Source of the DNA: Sphagnum compactum
Taxonomy: Eukaryota
Assembly (NCBI GenBank): GCA_965153455.1
Contig: OZ234493.1
Location: 15,428,213-15,492,212 of the forward strand
Direction: 5' to 3'
Length of the DNA stretch: 64,000 bases
Shown: positions 50,411 through 64,000 of the stretch, piece by piece
Numbering within the stretch: position 1 is the first letter of the stretch
Layout: every line of letters starts with the position of its first letter
Notes under the pieces: generated by a model
The model's input: the letters and a program-made list of their open reading frames with translations, nothing else
What the model was told of the DNA's origin: nothing
Databases searched by the model: none
Position numbers and translations under genes: made by a program

Positions 50411-53400
50411 AATTAGATTTCCCATTTAAGAATGCTTCATCACCACAGTAAAATGGCCCCAGCCATGCAAGTTTTAAATGTATGTTAATTCAAATGTGTA
50501 ATTTATGTAAAGTATAGAGTATTGAGTGTAAACAATATGCAAGATAATTTGTTCACACTTTCAAATAAGGATAATCTATAAAAATCTACTACATTACGTC
50601 GTTAAATTAACACATGTGGGAGTCCTTGGATGTAATTGATAAGGTGAGATGGTTGACATCAAACCTCCTTAACTAAAATAATTATAAGAAAACTAGTTGA
50701 AACCTACAAACAAGTTTAACATTACAATATATCAAATTTAATTCCAAACACAAAAACATAATAAACATTGTTTTACAAATTCAAAGATGGAGGAAGAAGA
50801 AAAAGAAATAAAAAACACTTGTACAAAGTAACACAAAGAGATGCAAGAGGAATATGCCAATATAAAATATCATCTAATAAAACAAACACTACTACAATAA
50901 ATGCCCATATGATACATTTTCATTGTTGTTCATTTTATGTAGATTTCCTTTTTTCATTCAAGTCATCTAGTTTTATTTTTTTGAGAATAATGCTTAGATG
51001 ATCTTCTTCTTCTTGATCTAATCCTTTGATTAATTAGATTTTAGGGGGGCACTTCAAGTGAAATCATCAGTTTCTTTGTAAATTTCATCAATTAAACAAC
51101 GTTAACAATTGTCATTTTTTTTAACCACCCTGTTTAATTATTAATGTTGGTTGGTTCTCATTTTTCTAAGAATATTGATGCTTTTGGTTAGTACCATGGT
51201 TTAGAAAAATCAGCTACATTCCTGAACATGTTTTTAAAAAAATTCATACTTGCTTCAATTTTCAAAATGTCCTTCAATAAACTACCAATTTTCAAACTTA
51301 TTTAGATTTGAACCCAAGATTCTTTAAAGGGAGATTAATTTTTGAATCACAAAGCTATAATTCTTGATGTGTAACAATAATGGTGATACTTTAAATTAAA
51401 GTTCATTTATGACAATGGCTTTAAAACTAAAGCCATTCACATGTGTAGACTTCAAATAAAAAGATTATCCAAGTTTCTTCACATGAAAGCAAAAGAGAAT
51501 ATTCCACAATATATTGCAACCACGTCATGAATATACTTTGACAAAATATTCAAATGTGGAGGAATATTATCTAACGTGGCAAGCATATTTCGCCATGTCA
51601 ACCAAATATTCAAATATTTTGCCACGTCATTAACTTACACGACATCAAGAACAATTGCCACCCCCACAATCCAAAAGCCTTTTATATGAAAAAATTCAAA
51701 TAATGCACAAGGTTTAGGAATTTTCATTTGATACAAAATAGGTGGCTGATGTCAAGTTCAACATAGGTGCAAGTTCAACATAGGTGTAACACAAAGTTGT
51801 CAACAAAATTGACAAAAATTATGTTTTACCAAAAAATGTTTAGTTTTGAAAAGGTGATCAGATAGGATTATGTTTTGTAGAACACATAAATCCTATGACA
51901 AAAGATATTATAGTCGTTTTAATCGCATCAATGTGAAACGACCATTGTAACAAAACAAATGAGAAATTGAATTTTGCAAATGTAGCATATATTGTAGGAG
52001 AAGTCCAAACTCCTCGGGCCAATGCTCAAGCTTTAGCCTAAACGCCATAATGGAAGTCAATGAAAGGTTGACTTTGATTTTACTTTACCAATTTCTTGAT
52101 GAATGTAACTGAATAGGACGTGGATGAGCACACTTGTGAGATTTTAGAGATGCATCAACCAATGAAATCATTGCATGCCTTTAATTTGGTTCATGTTGAG
52201 ATGGGGCCTCTTGGAAACCTTTAGATCTAGCCTCCCACTAAAAAAAACTTCAAATTGTTTCACATGCACATCAACAAGGGACTCAAATGGCAATGTGTCC
52301 TCTTTGTCTTATCCTTTTGATGCTCTGGGACCTTGGAGTCTTCTCCTTCCAAATTGGAGTTAGAAAATTTTCCCTTCCCTTTCTTCTTTCCTCCGTCATG
52401 TTGTCTCTTCTTGATGTTTGTCCTTGCTTTCAACTTTGAGGATGTAAGGCACTTTATAAAGCCAAAATCATGTTTTTTTCAAATCTCTCTTTGAGAAGGA
52501 GGTGTGTTGTCCCTTGGGCAATCCACGTACTAGGACAATCCTGGAGATGGGAAGAGGTCCAATCTTGAAACAATTTTTTTTGTACATTGTGTTATCTGAT
52601 TTGGGATCCCTCCAAATCTTTAACAACCTAGGAATTTCAAGAATAACACCACTTTGAAGTAACACAAAATTGAAATACCTAGGAGGGAAAAAAAAAGATG
52701 TTAGATACAAATGATCCCAAACAACTAAAATAAGAACTGGGGAATGATTCAAGAATGCATGCGCTTGAAAAAGACTCTTTTCATAACCTTGATTTCACCA
52801 GCTTGTTACTCCCAAACCTTACTCCTTTGAATTCCATCCTTTGATTTGAACTCTTGGAAAAGTGCAGTCTCCTAGATGGTGAGCCTCCATTCCTTGATGT
52901 AACCCGAGAGGGACAAACGAACTGAAAAATTTGACATAAGTTTTTTCCCAAGTGGACATAGGTTTTGAAAAAGGCCATATGCCCATTCAAGCCACCAATT
53001 GAGTATGTTTTTGATGAGTGGATGAAGGTTTTGGAAAAAAACTTGGTTTTTGTTCTTCAATTGGTTGCTTGAATGGGTATAGGGTGTTTTTAAAAACCTA
53101 TGCCAATTGTAAAAAAATGGGAACATGTGGTAAAAAGGTATGAATATGCATCTAGGAGCCAAAAACCATGTCGGATAGTGGTGAAAATTGTGATTTTTTT
53201 TTACATATGTTTTTTTCTTGACATTTTAAAGTTATGTTAATCATTCCAAGTTGTGCTAAATGACAACCATGAATGTTGAGGAATTAAAATTAAAAATTCA
53301 TTCAATTAAATTACAATTTTTGATTTCATAAAGGATGTTTGAACTTGAACATGTGTTTATGTCAAATTGTGGTTAATTTTACAAAGGACTGGGTAAAAGA

Positions 53401-56400
53401 TTATTTTAATAAAATTATTTTGATGATAAAAGAAAATAGATGATAATAACCTACTACCCACATTAAAAAAAAACTCACAATTTAAAAGATATCGAATTTG
53501 ATAATTTTAGAAATTCAAAATATTTTAAAATATTTTAAAATTTCAAAAATCCTTTACCACATGTAAATGGGGTGTAATGTGCATGACTGCATATAAAACA
53601 AAGTTGTAGTTTATGATACAATAAATAAAATCTAAAGTAGTTAACATATTTTGGTATGATTTAAAATTATGATAATTTTTTCAAGATGCAATGCAAAATC
53701 TAACAAAATCTACACACTTTGAAATTTTCATATTTATTCAACAATGATTAACACAAAACATGTGATCTATTGGGGCAACTATATGTACTTTTAATAACAA
53801 GTTGCAAAAGATTTCATTTAAAAAAAAATTCATGTGAAAAAGTGAAAAAGGACTAAAATGAATTCATAGTCCTTTTGTAAAGTAATCTCGTTGGCTCCTT
53901 CGTGTGTACCTGCACCCAAAAGGAATTTGGTCTTGAATGTGATGCTTGAAACAAATCTTGAAGTAAACAACCCTCTTTTGTTTACCAACACACCCTACAT
54001 AATCACATTAAATGCCAAACAAAATAATCTCATCTTCTATTCTGGTATTTGATTAATTATTTTTGAACTTTACGGATAATATCAAAGTGAGGGTAAGAGG
54101 ACAAATAAAGTGTCAAATGGTACCAAAAAAATGTTGGCTTGGGTATGGCTTTTAAAATAATGAACTACTAAATGATTTTTTTTCCTTCTCAAACCATTTG
54201 AAATATTTGTATTATTCCACTCGTTTCTAATTTAATGAAGTAACCTAGATACAACAATAGCTCCAATTATGGCCCCCTTCGTGAATTGCAAAACACATTT
54301 TATATTCATTACATGCATGTTCGACCAATTCTACTACCTTTTTGATATGGTCACTTGACATTACCATTCACATTTTTTCACTTGAAAAAAAACATACAAT
54401 AGTACCTTGGTGGCTTTAACACAAATTATATATATTTAGAAATGCCAAAAATTTCCCAAAAAAAAAATTCTACAAGATAATTTGTGTGAAGAAATGAATA
54501 GTATTTTCAAATATTCTGAATTATTCTTTTTTTAAATTTAATATTCAAAATTAACCAATTATTCAACATACATGTGCTAAAGCTATCGCGGTACTATGGT
54601 CTTGGAATTACTCAATTTTACCAATTACAACAATGGTATGAATATAAAAATTAAAACAATATGGGAGGAAAATAGGGGAATGGCGTTGTCCCTCCTCTTT
54701 CAGAAGCATATAAACTTGTGAAATGTTAGATTGGGACAAGAAAGACCTTTTGCAAACAAAGCACATCAGATTTTGTTTCCAACAAAACATATTATATTCA
54801 CTATATATCTAAAGCCTCAATGTGGGTTGTGCTTAAAGTAATGTGCTATATTTGTCACCCACACATTGGTTCCAAGTTTCAGTCAAAAAATTTTACTCCC
54901 GAAATCTTGCACATATGCACGAACTCTTCTTGAAAGGCAAAGCCAATAAAAGGAATACAAATTGGTACCTATGTTCATGGAAGTAAACAAGAGAGGATTG
55001 TGGCTAAGTTTTTACTTGACTTATACAACATGATTTCATAGAATTGTTGAAAATTCATAAAAAGTCCAACATGTATTAACATTGTTGAAAGTTTCAGATT
55101 TTCATAACATGAAACTTTCAATTTATTGATGCAAATTTCCTAAAAGGTATTGCAAAGGTATTTGACATCAAACTTTCTTGAAGTTTTTTTATATCCTTTA
55201 CAAATCTCAAAAAAAATTGAAACAAACAAACTTTACTCTTGGCATGTGCATGGAAGTGTATGTTTATTAATTTTAAAAAATTCAATTTCTAATGTAACAT
55301 CATTCATGATCATCAAAAAAAACATTTAACATTAAGTGGCAACAAGTTTGTAGAAAATTGTTGAAACTGTAGAAAACTGAAATTTTTTTTGCCCCAAAAC
55401 CAAAAATTGTGTTGAAATGTGACAAAATATTATCCAAGAAAAAAAAATCCCTAGACAATTGATGGTTTTTTCCAAAGGAAACTGAACTTGCAATAGTATA
55501 TTCCTTTTGAAAGTTGTGAGGTCAAAATTTTGTAAAAAAATCAGTAGCTAAAAAAATCATTAATTCACCCCAAACCCATTGTAGGTTTTTCCCACATTTG
55601 TTGGGCCATGTCCCCCACAAGGGACAAGGACTATGGATTCTTGAAATCCAAAATGCATTAAAATAGATGTATTCACACTAAGTAGTCAAGGCTTTTTTGA
55701 AGTTATTTTTACATTTGCGTTGTTATTGATCTAAATTTATTACTCCAATGATTTAGCCAATGAAAATTTCAAATTCAAAGTGGAGGTGAGAAAACAATAG
55801 TACATGCCACTAGTTGTGAAATTGTGCATTCTTTTCATAATTGGTGAATGTCACATGTTTAGTGACAAAATTGATAGTAAATGATAGTTAATACATTCAT
55901 TATGTAACAACTTTGGTTGAAACAAAATCTTGATGGAATTGAAGTTTTATAAATAGGAATGAAAAACATAAATAGTAGAGTAACTTGTTTTTGAAGTTTG
56001 GAGCATACTCTTTGAGAAGATCTACAAGTTATTCAAATATTAGGTTTAAAGTTGTTCACAATGTCAAATAAAAGGTTCCAAAAAATGATATGAGAGTGAG
56101 TAAGCACAACAAAATAAGATTGTGGCATTAAATTATTTAAGAAGGGTAGAATAAAGTGACCAAGTGGTGCCATGGTTTGAATGAATAGATTTCAATTCAT
56201 TTTAGTTACTATTAGTTAATTATTTACCTTTTCAATACACTTTAGCATTTTATGGTTAACCCTTCAATAAACATAAAAGCCATCACATTCCATTTGAGGA
56301 ACACTCTTTACTCTAAACTTGACCTTGCTTTTTTATGCATGTCATTAATTTCAAATTGGTTGTACATATTTAATGTTAAATAATATTTATCTTGGATTGA

Positions 56401-56483
56401 GTAGATTTTTGGAACAAAATAAGACTAAACAAAAAAAATTGTTTAAGAAAGTGCAATGGAGATGAGATTGAACTTAATTTTAA

Positions 56484-56830
56484 ACTAGATCAAACTTCAA
56501 TTTTGTCAAGAAACGACCACAACTAGAGGTTTTATAAACCCAAAAAAAAATTGATCTTAGGACAAGACTGAAGGGTCCATTAAAAAACTTTAAAAGATTC
56601 ATAACCATGACCCGAAGGTTCCTTCTATAATTAAGAACTAGACAACACTATTTTTTAGTTAATGAGGATTGAGGACTAGAGCATCTCCACCATTAGCAAT
56701 AAAATGACTTGTAAACAATACTTTGGACCAATTAGCATGAACAAAAAAAAATTTGGGCAAGTTTTCATCACTAAAGGAGAAAGAAATTTTGATTAGAAAG
56801 AAAGATCTAACACAACACTTCAAGAATTTT
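56484..56830 (+). repeat. Direct repeat flanking duplication copy B (left copy)
   Basis: ACTAGATCAAACTTCAATTTTGT...GATTAGAAAGAAAGATCTAACAC is repeated at 63617-64000. Confidence 0.9.
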
Positions 56831-59187
56831 TGTGAAAAAAATGCACCAAAATCACCGAATGCAACTTGTATTAAAAAATTTCATAAAAAAAACGCACCAA
56901 AGTTATCAAGGAAACATAGTGGGCCATGCCACCCATGACACATGCCCCATGTCCTCATGAAGATTATGCCATTCCACACCTTTTACATTCAAAATTATTA
57001 TTCTATTTTATATTTTTTTTCTGGAAATTTTTCACCAATTGATTTTTAATTTTTTTAATTTGACTAATTTCGCTAAAAATATGAAAAAATTCACCAAACT
57101 TTCAAAACTGCAAAAAACAAAAACCTTGTGTGTAATATTATACAATAAAATACAAGCTCAATGTCACCTAAATAAACATTTAAATCATGCTAACCATGTG
57201 GGCCACATTTGAATTTCATACTAGAAAATATTATAATTTGGTGCCATTCTTTGGGTATAACCCAAAAGAAAAATTTGAGAAAACCCCAAGTCCTATTCCA
57301 TCAAGTTAGTTTTGTGTGGGATTTTTTTTTTTTTTAATATGATTACGCTATCATGTATACTTGAGAAGTATTACATGCCAATGTAGCTAATGTACTATTG
57401 GTTGAACATCTTGATTTAGGTTCCAACTGCAAAACTTGGATTTAAAACAAGGGTCCAAATATTTGGCATTTAAATAGCTTCAATTTTATTTTTCTTAAAT
57501 GCAATAAAATGAATATTCCGTGTGTTTTCAAGGATTAATTCTCATTTATTGGCTTAAATTTGTAGTGTATATTGTTGTTATTTCATACCTTTTTAAACCA
57601 AAAGTGAAACAAATTTTGGTCTTTTGAGCATGGTAACATGGACTGCTTGGAATCACACTTTGCATAAAAATGTTTCATTTTGTTAATCATTTTTTTAAAA
57701 AAATCTTCCATTTTTTCTTACATGGTCATTTCATTGCATTCATGAATAGTTGTTGCCCAATGAAGTTGTGCCAAATTGGAGACATTGAAAGAAATTCACA
57801 AGGAACTTTTTTAAGGGTTTCTACTTTATAGTTCCTATAGCAAACATTTTCCCAATTTGTATGTCTATTAGTCACATACGACATCATGAACCATGGCAAT
57901 AAAAAAAGGTTGGGGGGGGGGGCTACAATTTAACTATTTTGGTGCCTTCACAATGCATGTCTTCCAATTAGTAACAACTTGTTTATTAGAACAAAATAAA
58001 TTAAAGGCACCAAAACAATAAATTGATATTTACTTTGGCATACATCAAAATGACATGATTAGAACAAGCAAAATATTAACAAAATATTTCTCAGTTGATT
58101 GACAAATTTTTTTGTTTCAAATACTCGTTTGTTCCGTAACAAGTTTGTAATAATGATTTGTGATTTAGGTCATGCACTGGACATTTAACCCTTGGGTCCC
58201 ATGATGTTTTAATTTTGGTGAACTATAAATCCAAGGTGGCTTTAAAGATGAATGACTAGGTAGTTTGTCTCCATCTTCCTAAAGTATATGTGTACATTTG
58301 TTAGGTTTAAAATGCATTTTTTCTTTTAATGATGTAGGGATGTTAACTTCTTAATTTTGATGCCTAAAATGGAAATGACTTCATTATGAATTTGTATGAA
58401 GAATTCCATCACAAAAAATATCCACATAAGAAATACAACGGATATGAAAAAGGTAGTCTAAAAAGGTTTTGCATGGATTCCAATGGCACAAGGTAAAAGT
58501 GGCAAAGCAAAATCGAATCGAAGTGGGATGTACCTTATGATGTGCTTTTACAATACATTGGACCCCTACATGGAATTAAAAGGGGTAATATTTTAAAACA
58601 TCCAACACTGCCATGTTACACAAGATACTATGGTGAAATATTATGGATCATATTTTCAAGCTTCATATAATCTCCAACATCTTATATGGGCCAACACCAA
58701 TCCAACATTTTTTGGTGTGAGAAAAATAAAAATAAACAAGGAATATTTTGTCATGATATTATTTTTACTGAATAAAATCATCAAATTTTGAGGGAATTTT
58801 TTTTTTCTTAAACATCACATTTGGATTCAAATTTTTGTTTCAGTGGCATTTTTAAACTACTTTTTAAAGTATCTAGAAAATTTCTAAAACATGTCACCAT
58901 TCAATGATAAATCCCTCTTGGGATATTAGCCAATGACACAACATTAGGAAATTGGAAAAACATCACTACACCCAACACACAATATACACCAATATATGGA
59001 CTTTAATTGATCCTCCTTACAATGACCAATCATCAAAATACCACATATGACAAGATGGAAGATACCTATTCGTATATTTTGTGAAAATCAAGACCACTTA
59101 AATAAAGGTCAATGATGAACCCACCATGCATGAGGATTTCTTTTTCTTTTTTTGGAAGCTTTTGAAGTGAATTGTCAATCATGTGGC

Positions 59188-60680
59188 ATTTTTAGTATTT
59201 CTTGCACCATTCAAAAAATCCCCAATCTCTTGCAAGTGGCCAATGTCACACATGTATGGAGAGAACTTTTAGTATTTCTTGCACCATTTACAAAATCCCC
59301 AATCACTTGCAAGTAGCCAACATGACACCATGTATGAAGAGAATTTTTAATATTTCTTGCACCACTTCAAAAATTCCCAATCACTTGCACGGCAGCCAAC
59401 ATCACGCCATGTATGAAGAGAATTTTTAGTATTTTTTGCACCATTTCAAAAATCCCCAATCACTTGCAAGTGGCCAATGTTACACCATGTATGAATAGAA
59501 TTATTAATATTTCTTGCACCATTTCAAAAATCCCCAATCACTTGCAAGTGGCCAATGTTACACCATGTATGAATAGAATTTTTAATATTTCTTGCACCAT
59601 TTACAAAATCTCAAATTATTTGCAAGGGGCCAACATCACACTATGTATGAAGAAAAGTTTTGGTATATCTTGCATGATTTACATAATCCCCAATCACTTG
59701 CAAGTGGCCAACATCACACCATGTATGAAAAGAATTTTTAGTATTTCTTGCACCATTTACAAAATCTCCATCACTTGCAAGCAACCAACATCACACCATG
59801 TATGAAGATTTTTTTTCATATTTGTTGCACCATTTACAAAATCCCAATCACTTGCAAGGGGCCAACATCACACCATGTATGAAAAGAAGTTTTGATATTT
59901 CTTGCACGATTTACATAATCCCCAATTGCTTGCAAGGGGCCAACGTCACACCATGTACGAAAAGATTTTTAATATTTCTTGCATGATATACATAATCCCC
60001 AATCACTTGCAAGGGGCCAATGTCACATCATGCATGAAGAAGAGTTTTTGGTACTTCTTCCACGATTTACATAATCCCCAATTGCTTGCAAGGGGCCAAC
60101 ATCACACCATGTACGAAAAGATGAAAAGAGTTTTTGGTACTTCTTCCACGATTTACATAATCCCCAATTGCTTGCAAGGGGCGAACATCACACCATGTAC
60201 GAAAAGATGAAAAGAGTTTTGGTACTTCTTCCACGATTTACATAATCCCCAATTGCTTGCAAGGGGCCAACATCACACCATGTACGAAAAGATGAAAAGA
60301 GTTTTTGTTACTTCTTCCACGATTTACATAATCCCCAATTGCTTGCAAGGGGCTCACATCACACCATGTACAAAAAGATGAAAAGAGTTTTTGTTACTTC
60401 TTCCACGATTTACATAATCCCCAATTGCGTGCAAGGGGCCAACATCACACCATGTACAAAAAGATGAAAAGAGTTTTTGGTATTTCTTCCACGATTTACA
60501 TAATCCCCAATTGCTTGCAAGGGGCCAACGTCACACCATGTACGAAAATATTTTTTAATATTTATTGCATGATATACATAATCCCCAATCACTTGCAAGG
60601 GGCCAATGTCACATCATGCATAAAGGAGTTTTTGGTACTTCTTCCACAATTTACATAATTCCCAATCACTTGAATAGGGT
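59188..60680 (+). repeat. Minisatellite array B: 19 units of ~78/86 bp
   Basis: Same consensus and unit order as array A, with two extra 78-bp units near the 5' end and two extra 86-bp units. Cores run from ~59220 to ~60661. Confidence 0.95.
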
Positions 60681-60855
60681 CTACAAGTCATGAACATTGA
60701 GTGGTATTGTCTTGAAACTTGTATTGTGAACACTAAACATTTCAATGTTCAACCCAAGGATTGTAGCCCCAAATTTCCATTCTCATGAGTAGACTTATTG
60801 GTTCTTCAAAGCATTTTAGAGAACACAAAAACCATTGTGGAAAACTTTTAGAAAG

Positions 60856-62872
60856 ATGGCAAATTTTCTTATGAGCAATTGTTTGACATGGGCCAAGTTA
60901 CTTATAACAATTAATAATGTAGTTGGAGTTGTAATAGTTGTTATCTTTGGAGTATTGTGCTTTTCTTATAAGCATTTTTTCCATCGCATGAAGTTGAAAA
61001 GAGCACCAGGTCCATTCCCCTTTTGGCCAATTTTGGGAAGTCTTCCACTTCTTGGTAAATTCCCTTATTCTTCCCTTTACAATTTGTCAAAAAAATATGG
61101 TGATGTGATGGAGTTGAGACTTGGAACAACTAACGTAGTGGTGATTTCATCCCCAAAGTTAGCAAAAGAGGTTTTACAAACACATGATCTAGTGTTTGCA
61201 ACACGAGGCGAAAATGTTATTGCAATTATGTTTTCGTATGGTAAAAAGGATGTTGCATGGGCACCTTATGGGCATGATTGGCGGCAAATGCGAAAGTTGT
61301 GCACATTGGGACTTTTCACTCCCAAAAGGTTACACGCTTCCAAGAAAGTTCGAAATGAAGAAATCTCATGCATGGTGCATGAAATTTTTGAGCATTGCAA
61401 GGTTTGTTTCATAATCTTTATTTGTCATTGCCTCTAAAGGGTATGTACATAATTTTTTGAAAGAAAACCTTTGGTGAAGTAATGAAGCAAACAACTAATT
61501 TTGGATTTGCTTATATTACAATTAATAATCAAAATTTAGTCCATATATGCATAATTTCTCATAATTGAATAACCATAACTAATTTCATTCGGAGATGTTT
61601 AATATTTTTGCAGGAAGGAAAATCAGTAAACTTGAAAACCATGTTGACCAACACCAGCTTGAATATGATGACGCGCTTATTATTTAACAAAAAATATTTC
61701 AGCACAAAACAATTTTTCACTAAAGAATGTTAAGAGTTCAATGATTTCCTAAGAGAAGAAGCATATTTGCAAGGTCTTTTCAACATTAGTGACTATGTTT
61801 CATTTTTGAAACCATTTGATCTTCAAGGCTTTCTTCCACGAGGGAAAAAAATTCATATGAAAATGGATAGATTTTTTGACAAAATACTCCACGATCATCA
61901 AATAGAACAAAAGGAAAATGTTGAATCAAAAGATTTTGTTGACATGTTACTTTCTTCTTCTCGAGTAGACAATTATAATTATACACTCGACAACAACACG
62001 ATCAAGGGAATCATCAATGTAAGATTAATTTTACTTCATGTAGATTGCATTTGAAATTTTTTTGTTGGAAATGTTTATTCATCAAGGATTTTACTTGTCT
62101 TTTGTGGTGTAGAGCACAATAAATACATTAATATGGTTCAAATATGTGTATATATATGTATATATATGAAAGTTTTACTTGTATTGAATGTGCCAATTTG
62201 TTGATGATGTTAAATCTCACCAACTTTTCTTGTTTTGATTAGGATATGTTGAATGCAGGCACCGACACAACTAGTACCACTATAGAATGGGCACTTGCAG
62301 AGCTTGTAAAGAACCCAAATATCATGAAGAAAACTCAAGATGAATTGGACCATGTGGTGGGACATGACCGTATAGTAGATGAAGATGACATACCTCAATT
62401 GAAATACCTTCAAGCTGTTGTGAAAGAAACTTTTCGCCTCCATGTTACAATACCTTTGATAACTCGTGAATGCATGACAAACTGTAAAGTGGGAGGTTAT
62501 GACATACTTGCAAAAACACCCATTATTGTTAACATATGGGCTATCCATCGACATTCATCTGCTTACGACAATCCTTGGGATTTCAATCCTGAAAGGTTTG
62601 TTGGAAGTGGGGTTGATGTGAAAGGTGTTGATTTTGAATTGTTGCCATTTGGAAGTGGGCGAAGGGGATGCGTCGGTATGCCTTTGGGTTTGATGCAAGT
62701 TCAATATGAATTGGCTCGACTTCTTCATAGCTTCACATGGAACTTGCCGATAGGGGAAAATCCTCAAAACATGGATATGGGCGAGGTGTTTGGTCTCACT
62801 CTTCCAAAAGTCATTCCATTGGAAGTGATTCCCATTGCACGACTTCCCCTTCACATGTATGGACCTTTATAA
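60856..62872 (+). pseudogene. Cytochrome P450 copy B, nonsense allele/pseudogene; exons 60856-61401, 61614-62018, 62243-62872
   Basis: Same exon sizes as copy A. Codon 40 of exon 2 is TAA (61731-61733) where A has GAA, truncating the protein before the heme motif. Also I->N just before AGTDTT. Confidence 0.9.
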
Positions 62873-63616
62873 TTAAAGCTTGTATATTTCAAGATATAAG
62901 TTCAAATTACATACCAAAAGGTAGAGGTAACATAATATCTTGTTATAATTAAGATATTGAAAATTAATTGTCTTCAAGCACCACAAATTCATATAAAAAT
63001 AAAATTTTAAATTATCCTTGTGTTTCCAATAGAAGCTAATTTTATGAACTAAATATTTGCACCTTGAGTGAGTGTGACTACAAATGTAAACATTATTGTA
63101 TGTTCAATATGAATGAGACACTTATCCATGTTGATTTCATTTGCATGTCCAAATACAAACAACCACATGTAATTTAATATTAATTTTGACTTGTATTTTT
63201 CGTTTGAATGACATTATTTTATTCCTTATGATGTATCGATATTTTTGATATGATGTAAGATTTCCTTTTAAGTTATTTATGTAGTGAATTTTCTTTCGTT
63301 TGGTTTACAACATTTGTATACATTAGAATACAAAAACCTCATATAAATGTTTATTGTTTAATTTGTGGGTGCAACATGGCTAAGAGAAATGGGGCCCGAA
63401 ACTTTGAATATTTCACAAATGTAGTGGTATTGGTAGGTGAGCAATTTAGTTAGACAAATGTCCTTCCCACTTGTGTTACTATTGTGTTCTTGTGGCTTTT
63501 GTTGAATTTTGGCTAGAAAGACAAGAATCTTGAAATAACAATTATGCATGGTTGACTAACAAGGGAGAGATGGTGATAACCATCTTATCCTATTGTCAAA
63601 GATAACCCAATTTTTC

Positions 63617-64000
63617 ACTAGATCAAACTTCAATTTTGTTGAGAAACGACGACAACTAGAGGTTTTATAAACTCAAAAAAAAGTTGATGTTAGGACCAGA
63701 CTGAAGGGTCCATAAAAAACTTTAAAAGATTCATAACCATGACCGAAGGTTCCTTCTATAATTAAGAACCAAGCAACACTATTTTTCAGTTAATGAGGAT
63801 TGAGGATTAGAGCATCTCCACCATTAGCGATAAAAATGACTTGTAAACAATACATTGGATGAAGTATAACCTTTAAATCAATTGAAACTGAATTTGGACC
63901 AATAAGCATGAACAAATTGTTTTTTGGGCAAGTTTTACTTAAGGAGAAAGAAAATTTGATTAGAAAGAAAGATCTAACACGACACTTAAAAAGAGTTTTT
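63617..64000 (+). repeat. Direct repeat (right copy); probable start of the next tandem unit
   Basis: Matches 56484-56830 with a small internal indel and runs off the window. Confidence 0.9.

Larger units (their letters stand above)
56919..63615 (+). repeat. Segmental duplication, copy B
   Basis: Colinear with 42854-48869. Has an extra 339-bp block (57821-58159) and four extra minisatellite units. Confidence 0.95.

Noticed and set aside
51900..53170. Possible decayed transposase or gene on the minus strand
   Set aside because: Short broken frames with no motif I can assign. Needs BLASTX.
54740..54940. Minus-strand VLLETKSDVLCLQK resembling the endonuclease/exonuclease/phosphatase D..CLQE motif
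   Set aside because: A single short motif without the Glu, surrounded by stops. Insufficient support.
59202..60658. ORFs with 26-aa Cys/His repeats (SCTIYKIPNHLQVANVTPCMKRIF), also 44779-45904
   Set aside because: A by-product of the 78-bp period. Frames break at 1-bp indels and at the 86-bp units, with no splice or start support.
1..64000. tRNA, rRNA, snoRNA or miRNA genes
   Set aside because: None recognisable by eye. tRNAscan-SE and Infernal/Rfam would be needed to exclude them.

Overview
AT-rich eukaryotic nuclear DNA from a land plant. Gene content, intron style and repeats look bryophyte/moss-like, possibly Sphagnum (inference only). Five apparently intact spliced genes were reconstructed by hand: two tandem peroxisomal acyl-activating enzymes (C-terminal SKL; 20156-22560 and 24790-27346, +), the splicing factor PRP17/CDC40 (28440-30442, -), a 15-exon phospholipid:sterol acyltransferase PSAT1 (32991-39469, +) and a CYP71-clan P450 (46102-48124, +). 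A second P450 copy (60856-62872) carries a nonsense codon. Both P450s sit in a duplicated ~6-7 kb block with a 78/86-bp tandem-repeat array just upstream of the ATG (15 vs 19 units), and a third unit probably starts at the window's right edge. The rest is decayed hAT, CACTA, LINE and MITE sequence plus orphan gene fragments that keep their splice sites (HGSNAT-like, HD-Zip II homeobox, U-box). No RNA genes or CRISPR arrays could be supported. All alignments and counts were made by eye.
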